From Candidatus Dadabacteria bacterium (GTDB taxonomy: Bacteria > Desulfobacterota_D > UBA1144 > Nemesobacterales > JAJCZQ01): a stretch of 26,189 bases of DNA. The position numbers and the translations under genes were made by a program. Positions 7,978-15,459 of the stretch are shown here, one piece after another. Under the pieces are notes generated by a model that made no database searches, was not told the origin of the DNA, and saw nothing but the letters and a program-made list of their open reading frames with translations. The number at the start of each line of letters is the position of its first letter. Position 1 is the first letter of the stretch. The stretch lies in the NCBI GenBank assembly GCA_030624695.1, contig JAUXJP010000001.1, positions 1 to 26,189 of the forward strand, read 5' to 3'.

Positions 7978-8663
7978 AGTTTCAATTCCTCTAGAAATTT
8001 CGATGATTTAAATTCTGTTTCCGTCTGAATTTCAAGATATTTTGTTAGTGCTTTAATGTTATCTGATACTTTGCCCAGAAAAATATCCATATATTCTTCA
8101 TTTTTAATAATATCTAAATGAAATTTGTGGAATTTCTCTCCTTTCTTATTTTCTGATAGGCCATATACATTACCATTTGTAATATCGAATTTCACTTCTT
8201 TTGAATTAATTTCTTCGAAATTTGGCTGTATCCCATTTATCCTGAGTAAAGTTAGCTGATAATTTAGAAGGGTGGGTAAAATGTTTTCTTTTTTATCAAT
8301 CTGATCAAATATATTTATTGTTGCATCAAATAATTCTTCACTCTTTTCATTTTCATATGTAAAAAGGTCAACATGCTCAAGTACAAAACTGCCAAATGCA
8401 AAAGTTTCGAGGCTCTCGGTTATTGAGGGAAAAGGTTTTATAAGGCTTACATCATTTACAACATTAAATTTGTTTTCATTTAAAGTGATGTCGAGCTTTA
8501 GGTGGATAAAAGGTTCGAGCCTTCCGCCAAATCTTTTTTTGCTTTTTTTAGCCTGCCTTGCTATTCCTTTAACTTTGCCAATCTCTCTTGTAAACAAAGT
8601 TACAAGATAGTCGGCTTCTCCGTAAACGGATTTTTTTATTACAATTGAATTAAGATTTTCCAT
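7974..8663 (-). CDS. recO: DNA repair protein RecO
   Basis: YGEADYLVTLFTREIGKVKGIARQAKKSKKRFGGRLEPF OB-fold N-terminus. No Cys4 Zn finger in the C-terminal half. ATGA overlap with argJ. Confidence 0.9.
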   Translation of the reverse strand: MENLNSIVIKKSVYGEADYLVTLFTREIGKVKGIARQAKKSKKRFGGRLEPFIHLKLDITLNENKFNVVNDVSLIKPFPSITESLETFAFGSFVLEHVDLFTYENEKSEELFDATINIFDQIDKKENILPTLLNYQLTLLRINGIQPNFEEINSKEVKFDITNGNVYGLSENKKGEKFHKFHLDIIKNEEYMDIFLGKVSDNIKALTKYLEIQTETEFKSSKFLEELKL

Positions 8664-8677
8664 ATTATGAAGTCTGA

Positions 8678-10030
8678 TTATAAAATAAGCATTGCTATAA
8701 GAAGATAGAAAAGGGATCCAAAAATATCATTAAACATCGTCAGAAAAGGACCGGAAGACGCAGCAGGGTCAAACTTAAGCTTTTGTAATATTATAGGAGC
8801 AGCAACCCCTATAAATGATGTTGCCAGAGTAGCAGAGAGCATAGCAAGAAATACAGCGAGGCCGAGTTTTAATACCTGAGGTTCGTTATAACTTATAAGA
8901 ATACCGATAATGGCTGATAAAATACCGCAGAGTAAACCCAGGGCGAGTCCAACCTTCATTTCTGATGCAATTAGTATTAAGATTTGTTTTGTTTTTATTG
9001 TCCCCATCCCAAGACTTCTTACAATGATGGTTGTTGTCTGTAGCCCGACATTCCCGCCGGTTGCCATAATAGCCGGCATAAATGCCGCGAGAATTACAAC
9101 TTTCTCGAGAGTTGCTGAAAATACTTTTATAATAATTAACGCGATCAGAAGTTCCCCTACAAGTGTCAATAGGAGCCAGGGGCTCCTCACTTTTATTCTC
9201 TCATAGGTCGGTGTGTATATTGGGTGAAGGTGTTCTTTTAGACCGGCATACTGATAAATATCTTCCTCTGCTTCTTCGCTTATAACGTCAATTACATCAT
9301 CAGCGGTGATTCTACCAAGTAATATTCCTTGATCACTTATTACCGGCAGAGTTACAAGGTCGTATTTTTTAAAAATATTTGCTACCTCTTCCTGGTCTAC
9401 GTAAGGCGTAACGGATATTTCCAATTCTTCCATAATCGAATGGGCAGATGAGCTGGGATTTGCAATAATAAGTTTTTGAAGTGGTATGAATCCAAGAAGT
9501 TTGTTTTTGCTGTCAGTTACGTAAATCCCATGAAATTCTTCAACATCATCTGCAATAAGCCTGATCCAGTTTATAGCGTCCCTTACGTTTGTATCATTTA
9601 TAACTTTTACAAGCTCTGCCTGCATAATACCGCCAGCCGAGTCTTCAGGATAAAGCAATAGTGGTTCTACATCTTTTGCTTCTTCCGGGTCCATCTTGGA
9701 TAGTACGGTTTCTGCTGTATCTTCGGGGAGTTCACCTATGAGGTCAGCGGCATCATCGGATTCCATTTCATCAGCGATATCGGCAATCTTGTCATCATCA
9801 AGTTCGGTAATAATTTCTTCACGCTGATCTACATCAAGTTCAAAATATACTTCTGATGCTGTTTCCGGATCTAGTGAATCGAGTAAGTAAGACTGTTTGT
9901 CGGGATTAATATTCTGTATAATTGAAGCGATATCTGAAGGATGTACTTCGGCTAAGGCGGTTCTAATTGCATCGCTGTTTTTAGCTTCAATGTAGCCGTT
10001 AATTACCTGTGTAATATCCTGAATTTCCAT
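8678..10030 (-). CDS. mgtE: Magnesium transporter MgtE
   Basis: Acidic N-domain (HPSDIA, MESDDAAD), CBS pair (YPEDSAGGIM, KYDLVTLPV, GRITADD), TM region with R.PWL, GGNVG.Q and PAASSGPFLTMFND. The ORF could start at 10060; 10030 is preferred because a promoter-like element abuts 10060. Confidence 0.95.
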   Translation of the reverse strand: MEIQDITQVINGYIEAKNSDAIRTALAEVHPSDIASIIQNINPDKQSYLLDSLDPETASEVYFELDVDQREEIITELDDDKIADIADEMESDDAADLIGELPEDTAETVLSKMDPEEAKDVEPLLLYPEDSAGGIMQAELVKVINDTNVRDAINWIRLIADDVEEFHGIYVTDSKNKLLGFIPLQKLIIANPSSSAHSIMEELEISVTPYVDQEEVANIFKKYDLVTLPVISDQGILLGRITADDVIDVISEEAEEDIYQYAGLKEHLHPIYTPTYERIKVRSPWLLLTLVGELLIALIIIKVFSATLEKVVILAAFMPAIMATGGNVGLQTTTIIVRSLGMGTIKTKQILILIASEMKVGLALGLLCGILSAIIGILISYNEPQVLKLGLAVFLAMLSATLATSFIGVAAPIILQKLKFDPAASSGPFLTMFNDIFGSLFYLLIAMLIL

Positions 10031-10060
10031 AATATTTGCCCGCGTAAAATTTAAACCCAT

Positions 10061-10088
10061 ATTCTATGCGAATAGGTATAAATGTAAA
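10061..10088 (-). promoter_or_regulatory. Putative sigma70 promoter for mgtE-recO-argJ
   Basis: Minus strand TTTACA, 16-nt spacer, TAGAAT in the divergent intergenic region. Confidence 0.4.
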
Positions 10089-10113
10089 GCTGTATTAAAA
10101 GAATTTTTAAACA

Positions 10114-10122
10114 TGGTAAAAT
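10114..10122 (+). promoter_or_regulatory. Putative extended -10 promoter for the mqn cluster
   Basis: TG-G-TAAAAT, 15 nt upstream of the ATG at 10138. Confidence 0.4.
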
Positions 10123-10137
10123 CCATATCTTATTGTT

Positions 10138-10980
10138 ATGGGCAAATTAAACATTTACGGAAATTTTATAAAAATTGAACATACCCTGTTCTCTTTTCCA
10201 ATAGTTCTTGCTGGTTCATTCCTTGCTGCCGGTGGTATGCCCCCTATTAATTTGCTGATACTTATTCTCGTAGCGGCAGCAGGGGCAAGAACATGTGCAA
10301 TGGGGTTAAACAGATTGATAGACAGGGGTATTGATTCCGCTAATCCAAGGACCAGGGACAGGGAGTTGCCCTCCGGAAAAATTGAGCTTCGGGAAGCCTA
10401 TTTAATAACTGGATTAGGTCTCGGCCTTTATTTTGCCAGCTGTTACCTGATTTGCAGCCTGGTCTTTTATTTATCCCCAATTCCATTACTGGTTTTTATA
10501 ATCTATCCTTACCTCAAAAGGATTACCCCGTTTTGCCATTTCGGTGTGGGGCTTGCCCTAGCATTTGCCCCTCTTGGCGGATGGCTTGCCGTAACATGTT
10601 CTTTTGAGAATATAGTACCGGCAATTTTACTTGCACTTTTTACACTTTTCTGGGTTTCGGGTTTTGATATTATTTATGCCACCCTTGATGAGGGATCTGA
10701 TCTAAAAAACAGGATATATTCCATGGTTTCTGTTTATGGAAGAGCAAGGGCACTTATGGTCTCGGCAATCTGCCATATTATTTCCTTTCTGGCGGTTGTA
10801 ATATTTTACTTTCTGGAATTCAGATCTGTTATCTCGGGATTAGTACTTCTTATTATCGGAGGACTACTTTATTTGGAGCATAAAAAATCATCGGATATAG
10901 ACCTGGCCTTCTTCAAAATAAACATCCTGGTAGGGGGCTCAATCTTCCTTTTCATTATTTGTGGGATATACTTTAAGTAA
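10138..10980 (+). CDS. mqnP: UbiA-family prenyltransferase, futalosine pathway (MqnP-like)
   Basis: IKIEHTLFS.P, ARTCAMGLNRLID..ID..NPRT..RELP.G, YPYLKR, WVSGFDIIYA.LD. Clustered with UbiX/UbiD-like genes and mqnE. Confidence 0.9.
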   Translation: MGKLNIYGNFIKIEHTLFSFPIVLAGSFLAAGGMPPINLLILILVAAAGARTCAMGLNRLIDRGIDSANPRTRDRELPSGKIELREAYLITGLGLGLYFASCYLICSLVFYLSPIPLLVFIIYPYLKRITPFCHFGVGLALAFAPLGGWLAVTCSFENIVPAILLALFTLFWVSGFDIIYATLDEGSDLKNRIYSMVSVYGRARALMVSAICHIISFLAVVIFYFLEFRSVISGLVLLIIGGLLYLEHKKSSDIDLAFFKINILVGGSIFLFIICGIYFK

Positions 10981-10982
10981 CT

Positions 10983-11534
10983 ATGAGAACTATCGTGGGA
11001 ATAACCGGTGCCTCAGGTGTTGCATATGGAGTCGATTTTTTACGTCGCTGCCCCGATGATAAATATCTTGTTGCCAGCAAGTGGGGCAAGCATGTACTAA
11101 ATGAAGAACTTGGCCTGCAAGTGGATGAAATGAGGCCATGGGTGAATGAAATTTACAGTGATTCTAATCTCGCGTCCCCTTTTTCTTCCGGAAGTAACCA
11201 CTTTGATTCTCTTGTAATTGTACCTTGTTCAATTTCAACCCTGGCAAAAATAGCAAACGGTATTGCAGACACACTTATCACAAGGATTGCACAGGTCGCA
11301 CTCAAAGAAAAAAGACGTATTGTTATTGCCCTCAGGGAAACACCACTTAGTTCTATTGCACTTGAGAATGCATTAAAACTTTCAAGGGAAGGGGCTATTA
11401 TTATGCCTATCAGCCCACCACATTACCTGAAGGCAAATACCGTGAATGACCTTGTCCGTGGATACGGGGATAAACTGCTGAATATTATTGGTGTGGAAAC
11501 TGCCAATGGCTGGAAGAGTGAGGAACTTGATTAA
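10983..11534 (+). CDS. ubiX: Flavin prenyltransferase UbiX family (MqnM-like)
   Basis: GITGASG, SSGS, VPCS.STLAKIA.G, ALKEKR and RETPL. Confidence 0.93.
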   Translation: MRTIVGITGASGVAYGVDFLRRCPDDKYLVASKWGKHVLNEELGLQVDEMRPWVNEIYSDSNLASPFSSGSNHFDSLVIVPCSISTLAKIANGIADTLITRIAQVALKEKRRIVIALRETPLSSIALENALKLSREGAIIMPISPPHYLKANTVNDLVRGYGDKLLNIIGVETANGWKSEELD

Positions 11535-11560
11535 CAAACTTCTCTGTTTTCAGATATAAT
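11531..11560 (+). promoter_or_regulatory. Putative internal promoter for the 81-aa ORF
   Basis: TTAACA (11531-11536), 18-nt spacer, perfect TATAAT (11555-11560). Shine-Dalgarno AGGAG at 11598-11602. Confidence 0.5.
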
Positions 11561-11608
11561 GTGCCAAATAAGATTATGTTTTAAATAACATCTTAGCAGG
11601 AGCAAAAA

Positions 11609-11854
11609 ATGCCGAAAGACAATGATTATCTACACATAGGTAAAACCCAGGGAATGAAAAATCATGATCATGATATGATTCATGAATTAAGTCAGAGGGT
11701 TGATTCTTTATGGAGATATGATCAGTATATCGCCAATGCTGCGGGCAATAAATCGCTTGAAAATTTATGGACAAAACTAAAAAAGCAGGAAAGAGCAAAT
11801 ATTACGGCTTTAAAAAGAATGATAAGTGAACATGTAAAAAAGAAGTGTTTCTGA
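11609..11854 (+). CDS. Small hypothetical protein, predicted two-helix hairpin (half ferritin-like)
   Basis: Good SD and ATG; 81 aa with amphipathic helices HDMIHELSQRVDSLWRYDQYIANA and LENLWTKLKKQERANITALKRMI. Function unknown. Confidence 0.8.
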   Translation: MPKDNDYLHIGKTQGMKNHDHDMIHELSQRVDSLWRYDQYIANAAGNKSLENLWTKLKKQERANITALKRMISEHVKKKCF

Positions 11855-11942
11855 TTATTTAAATCTTGTTTTAAAATTTAATTCCTATAGTTTTTAATAC
11901 TTTGCATATCTATTCAAAAAAACTATTTTCATATTCAATAAT

Positions 11943-13703
11943 ATGAGTTTGCCAAAATTTTATAATTTAAACGATTACATAGATTATCTGGAAAAGCGTG
12001 GTGAAGTTAAAAGAATTACAACCGAGGTTGATCCTGATTTAGAAATAACTGAAGTTGCCAACAGGGTAGTAGAAGATAACGGGCCTGTTCTGATTTTTGA
12101 GAATGTAAAAGGGGCTGATTTTCCTATGGCAATAAACCTTTTTGGTACTGAGGAAAGGGTTGAGCTTGCCCTCGGCAGAAAACCCAGAGAGGTTGGTGAA
12201 GAGCTTGTAGAAATATTTCAAAAATTAAATCCCCCTTCATTAAAGTCATTATATTCTGTTTTCTCAAAAGCCTATGGACTTGTAAACCTTAGAACAAAAA
12301 AAGTTTCTTCCGGTATTGTTCAGCAAAACGAATTTGAACCTGATCTTTCAAGATTGCCAATAATAAAATGCTGGCCAAAAGACGGTGGAAAATTTATAAC
12401 CCTTGGACTTGTCCTTACACAAGACCCCCTGACAAACAGAAGAAACCTCGGCATTTACCGTATGCAGGTATATGACAAGAATACAACCGGTATGCACTGG
12501 CATCCTCATAAAGGCGGAGCTGCACATTATCATGAAGCCGGAAAACTAAACAGGGACCTCGAAGTGGCTGTAATACTCGGGGGAGACCCCAAAATGATAT
12601 TCAGCGCAATTGCCCCACTTCCTGATGGAATGGATGAACTTGCCTTCGCCAGTTACCTGCGTGGAAAACCAATTCCCATGGTAAAAGGTAAGACAATATC
12701 ACAGTCAGTACCAGCAAATGCTGATTTTATATTAGAGGGGTTTGTTCCGCAGAATGTGCTTAGAGAAGAAGGCCCGTTCGGCGATCATTTTGGACACTAT
12801 TCAATGGAAGCAGACTTTCCCATTTTTAAACTGAATACTATTACACATAAAAACAATCCTATTTTCCCGGCAACAATAGTAGGTAAACCTCCCAAAGAAG
12901 ATGTATTCCTGGGTATGGCTGCGGGAGAGATGTTTTCCCCATTAATAAAAATTATTCAGCCTGAGGTCATTGATATGTGGGCTTACTACGAAGCGGGTTT
13001 TCATAATCTGCTAGCGGTATCTGTAGACGAGAGATACCCTAAAAACGGTATAAAGATAATGCTTGCCTTATGGGGGACCGGACAGCTTCTTCTGACAAAA
13101 TGCATGATTACAGTATCAAGTGATATAGATCCAAGGGACTTTAATTCGGTATTAAACGAGGTCGGAGAAAATTTTGATCCCCGCGAAGACTTTCTCCTTA
13201 TCCCCTGGGCACCACTGGATACGCTAGATTTTACAAGTGGTAAATTAAATGTGGGCAGTAAAATGGGAATAAATGCTTTAAGAAAACCAGATAATCAAAG
13301 AAAAACCTATGCAAAGAAAGTTCCCGATCCGAGAGCAAAGCATAAAGAGATAATTGATTTCAGACTTCTGAATGGCGGTTTTCTCGTGTTACAGTCAAAA
13401 AGTGACCCAAAGAAACTAATAAAAAAAATGTTTAAGACCCCGGGATACAAGAATGTAAGGATCCTTGTGGTTGTAAGTGCAGATATTGATCTGCATAATG
13501 ACACGGACCTTATTTGGGGTATATTTACAAGATTTGACCCCTATCTTGATGTTGTCTTTGAGAAAACAGAGTTAAGAGGATCGGCAGTTCTTTACGATGG
13601 CCGCATGGGGATAGATGCCACGGCAAAAAAATGGTATCCTGACGTTATAGAAATGTCAGATGATATAAAAAACAAGGTGAGTAAGAAATGGACCAAATAT
13701 TAA
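11943..13703 (+). CDS. ubiD: UbiD-family decarboxylase, futalosine pathway (MqnL-like), long form with duplicated C-terminal domain
   Basis: EVDPDLEITE, NLFGT, LPIIKCWPKDGGKFIT, RNLGIYRMQ, EGPFGDHFGHY, TIVGKPPKED; 586 aa. Confidence 0.93.
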   Translation: MSLPKFYNLNDYIDYLEKRGEVKRITTEVDPDLEITEVANRVVEDNGPVLIFENVKGADFPMAINLFGTEERVELALGRKPREVGEELVEIFQKLNPPSLKSLYSVFSKAYGLVNLRTKKVSSGIVQQNEFEPDLSRLPIIKCWPKDGGKFITLGLVLTQDPLTNRRNLGIYRMQVYDKNTTGMHWHPHKGGAAHYHEAGKLNRDLEVAVILGGDPKMIFSAIAPLPDGMDELAFASYLRGKPIPMVKGKTISQSVPANADFILEGFVPQNVLREEGPFGDHFGHYSMEADFPIFKLNTITHKNNPIFPATIVGKPPKEDVFLGMAAGEMFSPLIKIIQPEVIDMWAYYEAGFHNLLAVSVDERYPKNGIKIMLALWGTGQLLLTKCMITVSSDIDPRDFNSVLNEVGENFDPREDFLLIPWAPLDTLDFTSGKLNVGSKMGINALRKPDNQRKTYAKKVPDPRAKHKEIIDFRLLNGGFLVLQSKSDPKKLIKKMFKTPGYKNVRILVVVSADIDLHNDTDLIWGIFTRFDPYLDVVFEKTELRGSAVLYDGRMGIDATAKKWYPDVIEMSDDIKNKVSKKWTKY

Positions 13704-14794
13704 AAAATATAGAAACAATCTGCACTGATAAGGACTTACTTCCTATCCTGGATAAAGTAGTCAATGAACAACGCCTTTCCTTTGAAGACGGCCTTACTAT
13801 AATGGCAACTCCTGACCTTCATTCCGTGGGCATGATGGCTGACTATGTTAAGAGAAAAAAGAGCGGGGACAAAGTTTATTTTGTTGTAAACAGGCATATT
13901 AACCCGTCAAATATTTGTGCTATTTCCTGTAAATTCTGTGCATTCGGTACGACTAAGAAATCGGCCAATGCATATGAACTCTCACATGAGCAGATGCTTT
14001 CAATGATAAGTGATGAAATAAAGGAAGTACATATTGTAGGCGGTCTTCATCCTGACTGGGATTTCAAGGAATACCTGGATATCGTAAGGATGATTAAAAA
14101 GAACTACCCGGATACTCATGTAAAGGCATTTACCGCTGTTGAAATAGACTGGTTTACAGAGATAGCCAAACTTTCAATCGAGGATGTGCTACTTACACTT
14201 AAAGATGCAGGAGTAGATGCGCTTACCGGCGGGGGTGCAGAGATTCTTCACCCTGATGTCAGAAAAAAAATATGTGCGCCTAAAACAGTTGCAACACGCT
14301 GGGAAGAGATTCACAGGATAGCCCACAGGCTTGGGATCCCGACAAATGCAACAATTCTTTATGGCCATGTGGAAGAACCGTTTCACGTAGTTGACCATAT
14401 GGAAAGACTAAGAAATATAGAAGATGATTCGCCGGGATTTTTTGCTTTTATCCCTGTATTATTCCAACCTGAAAATACAGGCCTTAAAAATATAAAACCA
14501 TTTCCCGCTTCCTATGATATGAAGCTACATGCACTTGCCAGGCTTTACCTCGATAATTTCCCGCACATCAAGGCCTACTGGATTACTCTTGGTGAAAAAG
14601 CTGCCCAGGTTGCGCTTCATTACGGTGCAAGTGATGCAGATGGCACTATTATTAAAGAAAAAATTATTCATGATGCAGGCGCCTCTTCGGATATTGGCCA
14701 CAGCAGGGACTTTATGGTCAACATGATTAAGAATTCGGGTTATACACCTGTCGAAAGAGACGCCCTATATAATGAAGTGCAGGTTTTTAATTAA
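13688..14794 (+). CDS. mqnE: Aminofutalosine synthase MqnE (radical SAM)
   Basis: NRHINPSNICAISCKFCAF (CxxxCxxC), HVKAFTAVEI, GGGAEI, NAT.LYGHVE, ARLYLDNFPHIKAYW and ERDALYN. HxKAFTAVEI and IKAYW favour MqnE over MqnC/CofH. Confidence 0.9.
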   Translation: MDQILKNIETICTDKDLLPILDKVVNEQRLSFEDGLTIMATPDLHSVGMMADYVKRKKSGDKVYFVVNRHINPSNICAISCKFCAFGTTKKSANAYELSHEQMLSMISDEIKEVHIVGGLHPDWDFKEYLDIVRMIKKNYPDTHVKAFTAVEIDWFTEIAKLSIEDVLLTLKDAGVDALTGGGAEILHPDVRKKICAPKTVATRWEEIHRIAHRLGIPTNATILYGHVEEPFHVVDHMERLRNIEDDSPGFFAFIPVLFQPENTGLKNIKPFPASYDMKLHALARLYLDNFPHIKAYWITLGEKAAQVALHYGASDADGTIIKEKIIHDAGASSDIGHSRDFMVNMIKNSGYTPVERDALYNEVQVFN

Positions 14795-14845
14795 TATATT
14801 TTCAATCTGTGCCCACTCAAATTATTCACCACAAAAACTAAAATT

Positions 14846-15024
14846 ATGAAAGCCAGAAAAATTGTATTAATTCCCGGGGATGGAATAGGCCCTGAAATCT
14901 GCGAAGCGACAAAGAACGTATTGTCTGCAGTATGGGTGAAACTACACAAGACCTTGATGGAAACCTCAATACCCCCGATTTCGTGAGGGTACTGGTCCAG
15001 CATATACTTAAAATAAAATTCTGA
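14846..15024 (+). pseudogene. Internally deleted remnant of an isocitrate/isopropylmalate dehydrogenase-family gene
   Basis: ATG 14846 gives MKARKIVLIPGDGIGPEICEATKNVLSAV, the family N-terminal signature, with a stop at 14984-14986. A different frame from 14935 reads GETTQDLDGNLNTPDFVRVLVQHILKIKF* (stop 15022-15024), resembling the family C-terminal T.DLGG...T.EF motif. Confidence 0.8.
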
Positions 15025-15039
15025 CCCTTCGTTTTTAAT

Positions 15040-15393
15040 CTATAGGAAATTATAAATTAAATTAAAATAATATTTCAAATTGGGAGAAGATTCCAGTATT
15101 CTCATTTTGGATGACATTAAATTGATATCAGGGAATAGAAAATCATTGTAGCCCTCGGCTACCTGTTTAAAATCCTCCAGCTCAAGCAAAGGTGGTTCAT
15201 GTATTTTCAGGGGCCTTACATTCTTTTCAGCACCTGTAATTCTTATGCCGTCTCCTTCTACTCTGGCAAGGAACCATCTATCGACAGTGGGTTCGGGAAG
15301 TTCTATTCCATCGCCAACTTTATCTAAAATTATTTTCCATTCGTCTTCTTTAGATTCGCTGAAATCTAGTTTTCTATCTTTTAATACCGGCAT
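15040..15393 (-). CDS. Hypothetical protein (117 aa)
   Basis: Strong SD AAGGAG (15401-15406) before ATG at 15393 and a perfect TATAAT (15429-15434, minus strand). Globular-looking composition. The ORF track's longer start is at 15411. Confidence 0.75.
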   Translation of the reverse strand: MPVLKDRKLDFSESKEDEWKIILDKVGDGIELPEPTVDRWFLARVEGDGIRITGAEKNVRPLKIHEPPLLELEDFKQVAEGYNDFLFPDINLMSSKMRILESSPNLKYYFNLIYNFL

Positions 15394-15459
15394 CTTTATA
15401 CTCCTTATCACATTTAATTGAAAGGGTTATTATACATAATAAAATAAAAATTATTTATT

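Noticed and set aside
10031-10137. M-box or other riboswitch upstream of mgtE
   Set aside because: The region is short, AT-rich, shared with a divergent promoter, and has no structured GC-rich leader.
11574-11798. Minus-strand 74-aa ORF
   Set aside because: Antisense to the 81-aa ORF, which has the promoter and SD.
14791-15003. Minus-strand 70-aa ORF
   Set aside because: Antisense to the dehydrogenase remnant, which has recognisable family motifs; no RBS.
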